The position numbers and the translations under genes are program-made. DNA of 64,000 nucleotides from an uncultured delta proteobacterium (GTDB lineage: Bacteria > Myxococcota_A > Polyangia > Polyangiales > Polyangiaceae), in assembly GCA_963806225.1 (NCBI GenBank), contig CAWDXG010000001.1:704001-768000 (forward strand). The letters run 5' to 3'. Shown here piece by piece: positions 40,268-50,369 of this stretch; the stretch's first letter is position 1, and each line of letters begins with the position of its first letter. The notes under the pieces are model-generated. The model saw only the letters and a list, made by a program, of their open reading frames with translations, made no database searches and was not told where the DNA came from.

Positions 40268-40726
40268 ATGGGCATTTCTCGAACGACAATCAGGGCATTC
40301 CGGGTCATCGGTGCGGCACTCTGCGTGACGCTGGGGCAAAGCCCCTCCACGCTGGCCTCGCCAGCGAAGCACGCCGCTCTGGTGCACACGGCTGCAACAG
40401 CCCCGGCGCCGAAGCCGGACGCTGCGAAGGCGGTGAAGATAGCTTTGGGCGACAAGACCACGAGCGCTCCGGCGCCGGAGCACCGGACGGCGCCCGAACC
40501 CAGGCTTCGCCGCATCAAGCCCGGCGAGGTCACTGTTGCCATCGCGAAGAAGGCCCGGAAGATCATCAACGCGAACTACACGAAGCCCTTCGGCACCGAG
40601 ATCCCCTTCGAGATCGCCGGCGAGCACTACGTCGGTCGTATCGAGCGCCACTACCACCCCCCAGGCGGCAAGCTCCACCCCTGGGGCTATCACCACGGAT
40701 GCTCGGTGTTCGTGGTCGTGCGCTGA
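40268..40726 (+). CDS. Secreted hypothetical protein with His-rich C-terminus
   Basis: Signal-like N-terminus; ERHYHPPGG..HPWGYHHGCSVF. Confidence 0.6.
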   Translation: MGISRTTIRAFRVIGAALCVTLGQSPSTLASPAKHAALVHTAATAPAPKPDAAKAVKIALGDKTTSAPAPEHRTAPEPRLRRIKPGEVTVAIAKKARKIINANYTKPFGTEIPFEIAGEHYVGRIERHYHPPGGKLHPWGYHHGCSVFVVVR

Positions 40727-40761
40727 GCGTCCCGCTCCACGCCCGGACCCTGGCGACGTGG

Positions 40762-41397
40762 CTACGTCAGCGGCTTCATGACGTGCTTCCGGTAGCCGTC
40801 GCGCTCGGCAAGGCGCTGGTACCACCTTTCCACGTTCGGCGCGGCGGGGCGTTCGATGTCCAGGGCGAGCCAGCGGTAGATCGCCGAGCCTACCGGGATG
40901 TCGCCCATGCTGAACACGGGACCTGCCACGAAGTCGTAGCGGCCGAGGTGCGCGTCCAGCACGGCGACCTGCTTCGCGCAGGCCTGCCGTGAGGCTTCGA
41001 TCACCGCCGGATCCCGCTCGCCGGCAGGCGTCCGGACGAGCTGCCAGAACACCGGGCGCAGGTCGGGGCCCAGGGTGGTCTGCTGCCAGTCCATCCACTG
41101 CTCGGCACGCCAGCGGGCCTCGCCGTCGGCCGGCCACAGGCCGGGCTTGCCGTAGGTGCGGGCCAGATAGCGCACGCACACGTTCGATTCCCAGAGAACG
41201 GTGTCGCCGTCCCGGATGGTTGGCACGCGCCCGTTCGGGTTCATGGCGAGGTAGCCCGGCTCTCCCGTGCCGCCGAACGCCCCACCCAGGTCCACCCGCT
41301 CGTACGGGAGGCTCACCTCCTCGCAGGCCCACAGCACCTTCATCACGTTGATGGAGTTGTCGCGGCCCCAGATCGTCAGCTTGTTGCCCTGGACCAT
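40762..41397 (-). CDS. Glutathione S-transferase (GstB/YliJ-like)
   Basis: IWGR.NSINV.KVLW, NPNGRVP, LWESN, WMDWQ. Confidence 0.9.
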   Translation of the reverse strand: MVQGNKLTIWGRDNSINVMKVLWACEEVSLPYERVDLGGAFGGTGEPGYLAMNPNGRVPTIRDGDTVLWESNVCVRYLARTYGKPGLWPADGEARWRAEQWMDWQQTTLGPDLRPVFWQLVRTPAGERDPAVIEASRQACAKQVAVLDAHLGRYDFVAGPVFSMGDIPVGSAIYRWLALDIERPAAPNVERWYQRLAERDGYRKHVMKPLT

Positions 41398-41443
41398 GTA
41401 CGGGTTTTCGCATCCCTGCGGCTGTGGTGACAATTCGTACACA

Positions 41444-42370
41444 TCAGAATGCGTACCTGAACACCCCCCGATACGTCGGGCCGAGCTCTTGCTGGCCGTT
41501 CAAGTGGGTGTAGACGGGGATCTCGACGCGGGCCGAAAACCACAGCTTTCCGGCAACCTGCGCCAGCAGGCCGGGGCTCGCCTGGACCACGAGCCCACCG
41601 GTATTGATCTGCTGGTTGCCGTCCTGCGCGTCGTGCAGCTCGTAGTGGTCGTTGGTGCCAAGCTCGAAGGCCAGCTCATTCCATGGCCGGTACTGCAAGG
41701 CAGCGCTCCACAGGAGCGAGCTGCCGTAGCGGTAGCCGAAGTCATTGGTCGTGAACGTGCGCCCGATCACGCTTACGGAGAAGTTCCACGGGTCCTCGTG
41801 GAATGCGTACGTGAGACCCGCGTAGGGACCGAACGCGCCACGTCCGAGCTGGGCGTGCTCGTCGAGGCGCTCGCCATCCGCCTTCGAGTCATTGGGTCCG
41901 GTGGGGAACGCACTGCCGGCCGAGAGCGCCAGCTCCTGCCGGCTCTCCGCGGAGAAATCGATCGTGTCCAGCAGGAAATAGCGTGCTCCTAGCTGCCCAT
42001 CTCCGAGGCCCCAGAGCGTGTGCGACTCGCTCGCGATGTTGCTGCCCGTCGCGCTGTACAGATTGCGTTGGAGCGGAAGATCCGCCACCAGGTTCAACTT
42101 CCGGAGCGGTGAATAGACCAGCGTGGGCGTGAGCTGGAGCCGCGCGAGGCGCTCGGTGACGAGCGGGTCGTCGTCGCTCCGCGCCGACGCGGTCACCGCG
42201 CTGACGGACAGCGCCGCGCGCAGCGCACCCGCGCTCGGCGCGGAGTTTTCGGCGGAGACGAGCGGGTCGTCCGACCCGCAGATGGAGCAGGCCTTGGCTG
42301 GCCGTGCGGCCAGAAGCGCTGCGAGACCGCACAGCAGGCACGGGGTGAAAAGCTGGAGACAGTGGCGCAT
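41444..42370 (-). CDS. Outer-membrane beta-barrel protein (MetA/phenol-degradation-like) with N-terminal CxxC
   Basis: Signal peptide AKA|CSICG, GLGD, FPTG, QLGRG, C-terminal YAF. Confidence 0.7.
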   Translation of the reverse strand: MRHCLQLFTPCLLCGLAALLAARPAKACSICGSDDPLVSAENSAPSAGALRAALSVSAVTASARSDDDPLVTERLARLQLTPTLVYSPLRKLNLVADLPLQRNLYSATGSNIASESHTLWGLGDGQLGARYFLLDTIDFSAESRQELALSAGSAFPTGPNDSKADGERLDEHAQLGRGAFGPYAGLTYAFHEDPWNFSVSVIGRTFTTNDFGYRYGSSLLWSAALQYRPWNELAFELGTNDHYELHDAQDGNQQINTGGLVVQASPGLLAQVAGKLWFSARVEIPVYTHLNGQQELGPTYRGVFRYAF

Positions 42371-42488
42371 TTCCGGGGAGCAGCCTATGCAGGCAAGCCC
42401 ACGCAAGCTAGCGCGCCTGTCCCGTCTGGAAATGCGGCAAAGCGTCGCACCGTGTCGATGGCTGGAATGGCAGCCTCGAGCAGCGTCC

Positions 42489-43412
42489 CTATTGCGGCGG
42501 CTTGACCGGTGCGCAGGTCGAGACGCCAGCTCCGACGATCTCGAACGCCACGCTGGACACCTGGGTCGTGGTGTTCTTCACGGGATCGAACTGGAACACG
42601 TCCGTGCTCGTTCCCGGGCCGACGAACAGCCAGAAGCTCCCTCCCCAGAACGCGAACGCGAAGTTCGACCCGTTGGGTGGGTACTGGATCGGACTCTGCG
42701 GCGCCTGCGACTTGATGTGCGCGGTGGTCTTGTTGATCTCGGCGACGATGTAGGGCGTGCCTTCGAACGCGCCGTACAGCCGACCGTCGCCGGTGCCCGT
42801 CATCTCCGCGCGGGACGACAGCTGGTCGTACGCTCCGATGCGCGTTAGCGAAAGCGACTGGGTGTCGATCGTGCCGAGCCCGCTCGACGGGCCCGAGAAG
42901 TCCGAGTTCGTGACGAAGAGGGTGTCCTGGTTGCTGTTCGGTCCGTTGGCGGAGAAGCCCATTCCGAACGTCGTGAAGCCCTGCTGCCCGGGCACGAAGC
43001 TCGTGGGAGTGCAGGCAGCGTTGCTCGTGTTGACCTTGTAGAGGTGCCCGTCCGTGAACACGACCCAGGCGTTGGCGTTGCGGTCGACGGCCATCGAGAA
43101 CGGCGTCGCGACGACGGTGCCGCAGTCCACCGTGCCGATGGTGGTGAACTGCAGCGACGGCGGGTCGAACTTGTACAGCTCGCCGTTGCCGTCGATGACG
43201 TAGACGAAGCGCGCTTCCGCAGCGCAGTTCGAGCTCGTTCCACCGCCGGACCCGCCGGTCGCCCCGAAGCCACCCGCCCCGCCGCTGCCGCCGAGCCCGA
43301 TCGAGCCGCCGGTGCCCGAGCCGCCGCTCCCGCTGTTCCTCGTGCCGGTTGCGGCGCTACATCCGAAGAGTCCCACCACCGACAGCACCGCCGCCCAACG
43401 AAGACCTGTCAT
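42489..43412 (-). CDS. Gly-linker lipoprotein, beta-propeller-like
   Basis: LFGC lipobox; PFSMAVDR, MTGTGDGRLY, FAFWGG, IVGAGVSTCAP. Confidence 0.75.
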   Translation of the reverse strand: MTGLRWAAVLSVVGLFGCSAATGTRNSGSGGSGTGGSIGLGGSGGAGGFGATGGSGGGTSSNCAAEARFVYVIDGNGELYKFDPPSLQFTTIGTVDCGTVVATPFSMAVDRNANAWVVFTDGHLYKVNTSNAACTPTSFVPGQQGFTTFGMGFSANGPNSNQDTLFVTNSDFSGPSSGLGTIDTQSLSLTRIGAYDQLSSRAEMTGTGDGRLYGAFEGTPYIVAEINKTTAHIKSQAPQSPIQYPPNGSNFAFAFWGGSFWLFVGPGTSTDVFQFDPVKNTTTQVSSVAFEIVGAGVSTCAPVKPPQ

Positions 43413-43514
43413 GAATCGCGAGTGTAGCGGGTCGGCCGGCCGGCGCGCTACGGAAATTCTGGTAGTCACAGCATTTCAACCAGATGCGAGGCGCGCCGAT
43501 GGCGGGACGCGTGT

Positions 43515-44336
43515 CTACACGAAGAAATCCGGCATCAGCTCCGAGTCGGGCACGTTCGCGTACTTGCTGAAGTCGGTGACGCCAGCAGAGCGGAGGGTGT
43601 CCTCGTCGATGCAGTAGTTGCCGGTGAACTCGCGGCTCGGGCGAGTGAGGATGTAGTAGGCCGCGTCGGCCATGATTTCCGCCGTACGGCAGCGCTGGGT
43701 CGCCTCGTCGCCGCCCAGCAGGTTCTGGACCGCAGCCGTGGCGATCGCGGTGCGCGGCCACAGCGTGTTGAACGCGATGCCGTCGCTCTTGAACTCGTCC
43801 GCCATGCCGAGCGCGCACATGCTCATGCCGAACTTGGCCATGGTGTAGGCCACGTGGGGCGCGAACCAGCGAGCTTCCATGTTGAGTGGCGGCGAGAGGT
43901 TGAGCACGTGGGGGTTTTCCGCCTTCTTGAGGAAGGGGATGACCTTCTGCGAGCAGAGGAAGGTGCCGCGCGTGTTGACGTGATGCATCAGGTCGTAGCG
44001 CTTCATCGCTGTCTGCAGAGTGCCGGTCAGGTTGATGGCGCTGGCGTTGTTGACCAGGATGTCGATACCGCCGAAGGTGTCGACCGTGTTCTTCACCGCG
44101 GCCTCGACCTGATCCTCGAAGCGGATGTCGCAGATGCAGGCCAGGCCCTTGCCGCCGGCTGCGTTGATCTCCTCCACCGCCGTGTAGACGGTGCCGGGGA
44201 GCTTGGGGTGGGGTTCGGCCGTCTTGGCCACGACCGCCACGTTCGCGCCGTCCTTGGCGGCGCGCAGGCCGATCGCCTTGCCGATGCCGCGACTCGCGCC
44301 GGTGATGAAGAGCGTCTTTCCCTCGAGGTCTGCCAT
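43515..44336 (-). CDS. SDR oxidoreductase, HSDL2-like
   Basis: TGASRGIG, KTAEPHPKLPGT, NNASAI, YTMAK, LWPRT. Confidence 0.9.
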   Translation of the reverse strand: MADLEGKTLFITGASRGIGKAIGLRAAKDGANVAVVAKTAEPHPKLPGTVYTAVEEINAAGGKGLACICDIRFEDQVEAAVKNTVDTFGGIDILVNNASAINLTGTLQTAMKRYDLMHHVNTRGTFLCSQKVIPFLKKAENPHVLNLSPPLNMEARWFAPHVAYTMAKFGMSMCALGMADEFKSDGIAFNTLWPRTAIATAAVQNLLGGDEATQRCRTAEIMADAAYYILTRPSREFTGNYCIDEDTLRSAGVTDFSKYANVPDSELMPDFFV

Positions 44337-44422
44337 GGCTTTCTCCTGTCGAGCGGGGCGGACCGTAGCACCAGGCGGGCGAGGGCGTCAGGCCGGGGAT
44401 CGCACCGGCCGCGCGCCGTGAT

Positions 44423-46711
44423 ATGCCGCCGGCATGTCATGGATTTCACGCCCTGCATGCGCTGGCAGCGCTCGCCTGTGTCGCGGGCTGCGGCGCCCCG
44501 CCGGCCCCCGTCGCGCCGCCAGCGGCCGCGCCGCCAGCGCCGGCAAGGACCGCGGTGCCTCTGCCGAAACCGCCTGTTTCGCAGGGCTACGTCGACCCCG
44601 GCGGGATGTGGATGCCGGGCCAGATGCGTATGCAGGCCAGGACCCTCCGGAAGCTCGGGCTCGCGTTCGATCCGGCGAAGCTCGACGACCCGCTCGCCTA
44701 TCCTCTGGGCGCCGTTGTCAGTCTCGGCGGCTGCTCGGCGTCCTTCGTGTCGCCCGATGGGCTCGTCATCACCAACCACCACTGCGTCACCGGCGCGCTC
44801 TCGTACAACTCGAAGCCCGGACAGGATCTGCTGAAGAACGGCTATCTCGCCAAGGACCGCGCCAGCGAGAAGTGGATCGGCCCGACCGGACGCGTGTTCG
44901 TGACGCAATCGTTCAAGGACGTGACCGACCAGGTGCGCACCGGGCTGGAGGGGCTTCTGGACGACCGGGAGCGCTGGCGCACGATCGAGCGACGCGAGAA
45001 GGCCCTGGTGGCCGACTGCGAGAAGGGGCGCCCCAGCGTCCGCTGCGAGACCGCGAGCTACTTCGGTGGCGCCCAGTACATGCTGATCACGCGGCTCGCG
45101 ATCAAGGACGTGCGGCTGGTCTACGCGCCCGCGTCGGGGATCGGCAACTTCGGCGGCGAGGTCGACAACTGGCGCTGGCCGCGGCACGCGGGCGAGTTCG
45201 CCTTCTACCGGGCGTACGTGGGAAAGGACGGCAAGCCCGCCGAGCATTCCGCTGACAACGTGCCCTACAAGCCGAAGCAGTTCCTGAAGATCGCGGACAA
45301 GCCGCTCCGGACCGGCAGCCTTGTGTTTGTGGCCGGCTATCCGGGCCGCACCTACCGCAACAAGACCGCTGCGGAACTGCACGAGGCCGTCGACTGGTGG
45401 TACCCGCGACGCATCCGCCTGTGCACCGACTACATCGCCGTGATGACCGGGATCGGCAAGCAGGACGAGGACGCGCGGCTGAAGGGGACGCCGCTTCGGC
45501 GCGGGCTCAGCAACGTCCTGACCTACACGCGCGGCGCACTGGCCGGTTTGACGAAGGGTGGTGCTGCGGCGAAGAAGGACCAGCGCGAGAAAGAGCTGGA
45601 GCAGTGGATGCAGGCTGACCCGAAGCGGAGAGCCGCATACGGCGACGTGCTGTCGCGCATGCACATGGTGTTCGCGAAGCGCGAGAAGACCCGCGACGGC
45701 GATGCCGCGCTGGACGAGATGACGTGGTCCTCGAAGCTATTGGATGCCGCGCTGACCATCGTCCACAACGCCGAGGAGCGGCAGAAGCCCGACGCCGAGC
45801 GCGAGGGGGGCTACCAGGAGCGCGACCAGGAGGACTTGATCCAGGCGCAGCAGGCGCTCGAAAAGCGCTATAGCGAAAAGCTCGACCGTGCGCTTCTGGT
45901 CGAGTCGGCGTTGCGCGCGGCGCAGCTGCCGGCAAAGGACGAAAAGCCGCTGCTGACGCCGCTCCTCGGCCGGCAGAAGCCGACCAATGAGCACATCCGG
46001 GTGGCCGTCGAAAAGCTGTACGAGGGCACGAAGCTCGGCGACACGCCGACGCGCGTGAAGCTCATGAAGAGCGCGAAGCTCTCCACGCTGCGCCGCAGCC
46101 GCGACCCGATGATCCGCCTGGCGCTCCGGCTTCGCCCGCTGCAGAAGGCGGAAAAGGACCGCGCCGACGCACGCAGGGGCGCGCTTTCGATGCTGCGTCC
46201 GCCGTACATCAAGGCTCTCCGCGATTCGACGCCGCATCCCCTCGCGCCGGATGCGAACAGCACGCTCCGCATCACCTACGGCACCGTGCGTGGCTACAGT
46301 CCAAAGCCGGGCGCACCCGTGTACTTGCCGTTCACGACCGCAGCGGGAGTCGTGAAGAAGAATACCGGAAAGGACCCGTTCGACGCGCCGGAGCGGCTGA
46401 TCGACGCGATCAAGCAGGGGAAGTTCGACGGCTACGAAAACCCCGAGCTGGGCACGCTGCCGGTGGATTTCCTGACGGACACGGACATCACCGGTGGCAA
46501 CTCCGGATCGCCGACGCTCGACGCCCAGGGTCACCTGGTCGGCCTCGCCTTCGACGGCAACTACGAGGCGATGGCGTCGGACTGGCTGTTCATGCCGGAC
46601 ATCACCCGCGCCATCCACGTCGATATCCGCTACGTGCTGTGGATCATGGCCCGTGTCGATCACGCCGATTGGCTGCTCGACGAGATGGGCGTCCGGCACG
46701 GCGCGAAGTAG
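44423..46711 (+). CDS. S46 dipeptidyl peptidase (DPP7-like), lipoprotein
   Basis: GGMWMP, CSASFVS, TNHHC, DNWRWPRH, DITGGNSGSP, FDGNYE. Confidence 0.92.
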   Translation: MPPACHGFHALHALAALACVAGCGAPPAPVAPPAAAPPAPARTAVPLPKPPVSQGYVDPGGMWMPGQMRMQARTLRKLGLAFDPAKLDDPLAYPLGAVVSLGGCSASFVSPDGLVITNHHCVTGALSYNSKPGQDLLKNGYLAKDRASEKWIGPTGRVFVTQSFKDVTDQVRTGLEGLLDDRERWRTIERREKALVADCEKGRPSVRCETASYFGGAQYMLITRLAIKDVRLVYAPASGIGNFGGEVDNWRWPRHAGEFAFYRAYVGKDGKPAEHSADNVPYKPKQFLKIADKPLRTGSLVFVAGYPGRTYRNKTAAELHEAVDWWYPRRIRLCTDYIAVMTGIGKQDEDARLKGTPLRRGLSNVLTYTRGALAGLTKGGAAAKKDQREKELEQWMQADPKRRAAYGDVLSRMHMVFAKREKTRDGDAALDEMTWSSKLLDAALTIVHNAEERQKPDAEREGGYQERDQEDLIQAQQALEKRYSEKLDRALLVESALRAAQLPAKDEKPLLTPLLGRQKPTNEHIRVAVEKLYEGTKLGDTPTRVKLMKSAKLSTLRRSRDPMIRLALRLRPLQKAEKDRADARRGALSMLRPPYIKALRDSTPHPLAPDANSTLRITYGTVRGYSPKPGAPVYLPFTTAAGVVKKNTGKDPFDAPERLIDAIKQGKFDGYENPELGTLPVDFLTDTDITGGNSGSPTLDAQGHLVGLAFDGNYEAMASDWLFMPDITRAIHVDIRYVLWIMARVDHADWLLDEMGVRHGAK

Positions 46712-46731
46712 ACGCACCGCGTCGGGGTAGC

Positions 46732-47010
46732 TCAATCGCCGGCGCGCGCGACGATCTCGTGGATCTGCGTGCTGATGGCGTCGAGCAGCTGGTGCCGGTC
46801 GAGGGAGCTCTTCTCGATCACGCGTTGCACCCTGGTTTCAAGATCGCGGCGCTCCGAATCGTCCAGCATGCGCGCCGTGGCAACGATGACCGGCTACGAG
46901 CTCAACTTCAGTTCGTCGCGAACTGGCGGAAGAACTCGAAGCCGTCCATCACCGGCATCATCAGGTCCAGTACGACGCTGTCGGGCTCGTCGTCCGTCAC
47001 GCGCGAAAGT
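46732..47010 (-). pseudogene. Receiver-domain remnant (tail of a hybrid kinase or response regulator)
   Basis: PDSVVLDLMMPVMDGFEF, frameshift at ~46920, TAG at 46894-46896, then PVIVATARML..VIEK..GD*. Confidence 0.7.
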
Positions 47011-47222
47011 CGGACTTGTCGGCGCCCGAGGCCGCGAGGAAGGAGCCGAGCTTGCCCGCTTCGCCCTTCACGTCGAGCCCGGCGTTCTTGTTCTGCAAAA
47101 CGTCGATGTTCGTGCCCCAGGCCGAGGCGTGCAGGCCGACCTTCGCCTTGGGAGCGTATTTCCGCACCATCGAGATCATGCATCGTCCCATGCCGGCGAT
47201 GCTGTTCTCCTGCCCGCCGCCA
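47005..47222 (-). pseudogene. Internal fragment of an unrelated protein
   Basis: QENSIAGMGRCMISMVRKYAPKAKVGLHASAWG..FLAASGADKSDF, strongly GC3-biased codons, no plausible start or stop. Confidence 0.5.
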
Positions 47223-47315
47223 TGTTGGTAGTTTCGCCGAGCGCCGCTGCGGCGCAACTGCTTTCCCCGTCGCGCTCGACGCGCTCTGTAGCGAGTGATA
47301 ACGCTGGTCGTCACC

Positions 47316-48881
47316 GTGGCCGCCAAGAAACAGACCAAACGCACCCACCAGCGTCGACGCATCCAGGTCCGACCGCTCAAGAGCTCGGACTACGAGGCCG
47401 TCACCGAGCTACAGCTCAAGTGTTTTCCGGGAATGAAGCCGTGGGCACGCGAGCAGTTCGAGAGCATGCTCGCGACCTTTCCCGAAGGGCAGATCTGCGT
47501 TGTCGCGAACGGCAGGCTGGTCGCCTCGTCCAGCAGCCTGATCGTCGATTTCGATCTGTACTCCGAGTGGCACAACTGGGCGGAAATCGCGGACAACGGC
47601 TACATCCGCAACCACGATCCGAAGGGCGACACGCTCTACGGTATCGAGATCATGGTCGACCCCGAGAGCCGCGGCTACCGGCTGTCGCGCCGTCTGTACG
47701 ACGCCCGCAAGGACCTCGCGCGCGAAAATAACCTGGCGCGCATCATCATCGGCGGGCGCATCCCTGGCTACCACAAGCACGCCAAGGAGATGGGCGCCCA
47801 GGACTACGTCGACGAGGTCATCGCCAAAGCGCTGTACGACCAGGTGCTGACCGCGCAGCTGGCCAACGGTTTCGAGCTGCAGCGGCTGATTCCGGACTAT
47901 CTGCCCAGCGACAAGGAGTCGATGGGCTACGCGACGTTCCTCGAGTGGACGAACTTCGACTACCAGCCCGCCGAGCGCCGCCGTTTCCGCGCCGTCGAGA
48001 TCGTGCGCATCGCCGTGGTGCAGTACCAGATGCGCACCGTCGCATCGTTCGAGGACTTCGCCACGCAGTGCGAGTACTTCGTCGACGTTGCGGCCGACAG
48101 CCAGTCGGACTTTGTCGTGTTCCCGGAGCTCTTCACCACGCAGCTCCTGTCACTCAATCCGGGGCTTCGGCCGGGGCTTGCGGCGCGAAAGCTGGCCGAG
48201 TTCACGCCCCAGTACGTCGACCTGTTCAACCGGCTCGCCATCAAGCACAACGTCAACATCATCGGCGGCTCGCATTTCTCGGTCGAGGACGAGACGCTCT
48301 ACAACATCTCCTATCTCTTCCAGCGCGACGGGCGCATCGGAAAACAGTACAAGCTGCACATCACACCGGCGGAGCGACGCTGGTGGGGCGTCGAGCCCGG
48401 GACCACTGTCCGCGTCTTCGACACCGACTGCGGCAAGATCGCCATCCTGGTCTGCTACGACGTGGAATTTCCCGAGGTGGTGCGCATCGCCGCCAAAAAG
48501 GGCGCACACGTGCTGTTCGTGCCGTTCAACACGGACGACCGCTACGGCTATCTCCGGGTCCGCTACTGCGCGCAGGCGCGCTGCATCGAAAACCACGTCT
48601 ACGCCGTGGTGGCAGGCTGCACCGGCAACCTGCCGTTCGTGGAAAACGCGGACGTTCACTACGCGCAGTCGGCCATCTTCACGCCGTCGGACATTCCGTT
48701 CAGTCGTGACGGCGTCGCGGCGGAGTGCACGCCCAACATCGAGACGGTACTGGTGCACGACGTGGACATCGAGCTGCTCCGCCGCCACCGCTACGACGGC
48801 ACCACGCAGAACTGGAGCGATCGTCGCCGCGACCTGTACCAGGTCCGCTACAACGACGAGGGCGAGGCGCGCGAGGTGTAG
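47316..48881 (+). CDS. GNAT + carbon-nitrogen hydrolase fusion
   Basis: [24 protein letters not shown]; nitrilase triad [15 protein letters not shown]. Confidence 0.9.
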   Translation: MAAKKQTKRTHQRRRIQVRPLKSSDYEAVTELQLKCFPGMKPWAREQFESMLATFPEGQICVVANGRLVASSSSLIVDFDLYSEWHNWAEIADNGYIRNHDPKGDTLYGIEIMVDPESRGYRLSRRLYDARKDLARENNLARIIIGGRIPGYHKHAKEMGAQDYVDEVIAKALYDQVLTAQLANGFELQRLIPDYLPSDKESMGYATFLEWTNFDYQPAERRRFRAVEIVRIAVVQYQMRTVASFEDFATQCEYFVDVAADSQSDFVVFPELFTTQLLSLNPGLRPGLAARKLAEFTPQYVDLFNRLAIKHNVNIIGGSHFSVEDETLYNISYLFQRDGRIGKQYKLHITPAERRWWGVEPGTTVRVFDTDCGKIAILVCYDVEFPEVVRIAAKKGAHVLFVPFNTDDRYGYLRVRYCAQARCIENHVYAVVAGCTGNLPFVENADVHYAQSAIFTPSDIPFSRDGVAAECTPNIETVLVHDVDIELLRRHRYDGTTQNWSDRRRDLYQVRYNDEGEAREV

Positions 48882-48906
48882 GTATCACCCCGCGCGCCGC
48901 TCACGC

Positions 48907-49761
48907 CTATCCGCAGATACCGCCCTTGCACTTGCCGCCGTTCGGGCAATCGCCGTTCTCGGCGCACTGTGCGCAGTGGTCTTGGTGCCAGCAGAAGGGC
49001 AACGCGGCGTCCTTGCAGTCGGTGTTCGAGATGCAGGTGACGCAGTGCCCTTCGTTCGTGCACAGCGGCTGGGCCGCCGGGCAGTTGGTGTTCGCCAGAC
49101 ACTGGCGGCAGTCGCCGCTCTGCGTGTCGCAGAACGGATGCGCGCTGTCGCAGTTGGCGTTGCTCGTGCAATAGGGATGGCAGTGGTGGTCTTTGTCGCA
49201 GCGTGAGCCGGCGCCGCAGTTCGCGTCGACCAGACACTGGACGCAATCGCCGTTCTGGACGTTGCAGACCGGTGCGGCCGCGCCGCAGTCCGTGTTGGCC
49301 AGGCAGGACACGCACTGACCGCGAGTGGGATCGCAGAGCGGTTCGCCGCCTCCGCAGTCGGTGTTCGTGAGGCAGCCGACGCAAGCGCCCGTCTTGGTGT
49401 CGCACAGCGCCTGGCCCGGGTCGGTGCAGTCGCCGTTGGCGCTGCAGGCCGGATGGCAGGTGAAGTCCCGCGGATAGCAGGCCTGGCCCGTCGCGCAGTC
49501 GGCGGTCGTGCCGCAGCGCTGGCAGTGGCCGACCACGCAGATGGGGTCCGCGGCGCCGCAGTCTGCATTGGTCCTGCACTGCACGCAGCCGAGCGACGCG
49601 CTGCACAGCGTCTGGCAGGTGTGGCCGGAGACCGTGCAGCCGCCGCCTCCTGGGCCGCCGGGTCCGTTGCTGCCACTGCCGCTGCTGCCGCAGGAAGCCG
49701 CGGCGAGGGCGAGGGGAACCAGGAACAACGCGGCGCGCAATCGAGTCACAAGCTTCAGCAT
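48907..49761 (-). CDS. Cys-rich repeat lipoprotein
   Basis: AASC lipobox; repeated CVxCxxNxDC....PxC units. Confidence 0.78.
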   Translation of the reverse strand: MLKLVTRLRAALFLVPLALAAASCGSSGSGSNGPGGPGGGGCTVSGHTCQTLCSASLGCVQCRTNADCGAADPICVVGHCQRCGTTADCATGQACYPRDFTCHPACSANGDCTDPGQALCDTKTGACVGCLTNTDCGGGEPLCDPTRGQCVSCLANTDCGAAAPVCNVQNGDCVQCLVDANCGAGSRCDKDHHCHPYCTSNANCDSAHPFCDTQSGDCRQCLANTNCPAAQPLCTNEGHCVTCISNTDCKDAALPFCWHQDHCAQCAENGDCPNGGKCKGGICG

Positions 49762-49889
49762 CGAAGACCTCCAGGCGGTGAGTGGTGCCATGCCACGTCC
49801 ATTATCGAGTACGTTCCGCCCGCCCGGCCGGCTCGGCCCCGCTCGAGCGATCATGCCACGACCGCGCTGCCTGGCCTAGACTGGCGCCG

Positions 49890-50369
49890 ATGGTGCGGAT
49901 CTGTTTCGTATGTCTCGGCAACATCTGCCGCTCGCCCACGGCCGAAGGCGTGATGCGCCACCTCGTTCGCGAGGCCGGGCTGGGAGGCCGGATCGAGATC
50001 GACAGCGCCGGCACCGCCGCCTACCACGCGGGCGAGTCGCCGGACCGGCGCGCCACGCTGACCGCGCGCCGGCGCGGCATCGAGCTCTCCGGTCGCGCGC
50101 GGCAGTTCAAGTCCGGCGACTGGGAGCGCTTCGACTACGTGCTGGCGATGGATACCTCGAACCTGCGCGATCTCGACGCCTCGGCGCCGTCGAGCGCAGC
50201 GCGCGAGAAGCTCTCGCTGCTGCGCTCGTTCGATCCGGAGTCTCCTCCGGACGCCAGCGTGCCGGATCCGTACTACGGCGGCGATGCGGGCTTCGACGAG
50301 GTGCTCGACCTGTGCGAGGCGGCGTGCCGCGGGCTGCTCGAGCACATCCAGAAGGAGCACGCATCGTAG
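49890..50369 (+). CDS. Low-molecular-weight protein tyrosine phosphatase
   Basis: VCLGNICRSP, DSAGT, VPDPYYG. Confidence 0.93.
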   Translation: MVRICFVCLGNICRSPTAEGVMRHLVREAGLGGRIEIDSAGTAAYHAGESPDRRATLTARRRGIELSGRARQFKSGDWERFDYVLAMDTSNLRDLDASAPSSAAREKLSLLRSFDPESPPDASVPDPYYGGDAGFDEVLDLCEAACRGLLEHIQKEHAS

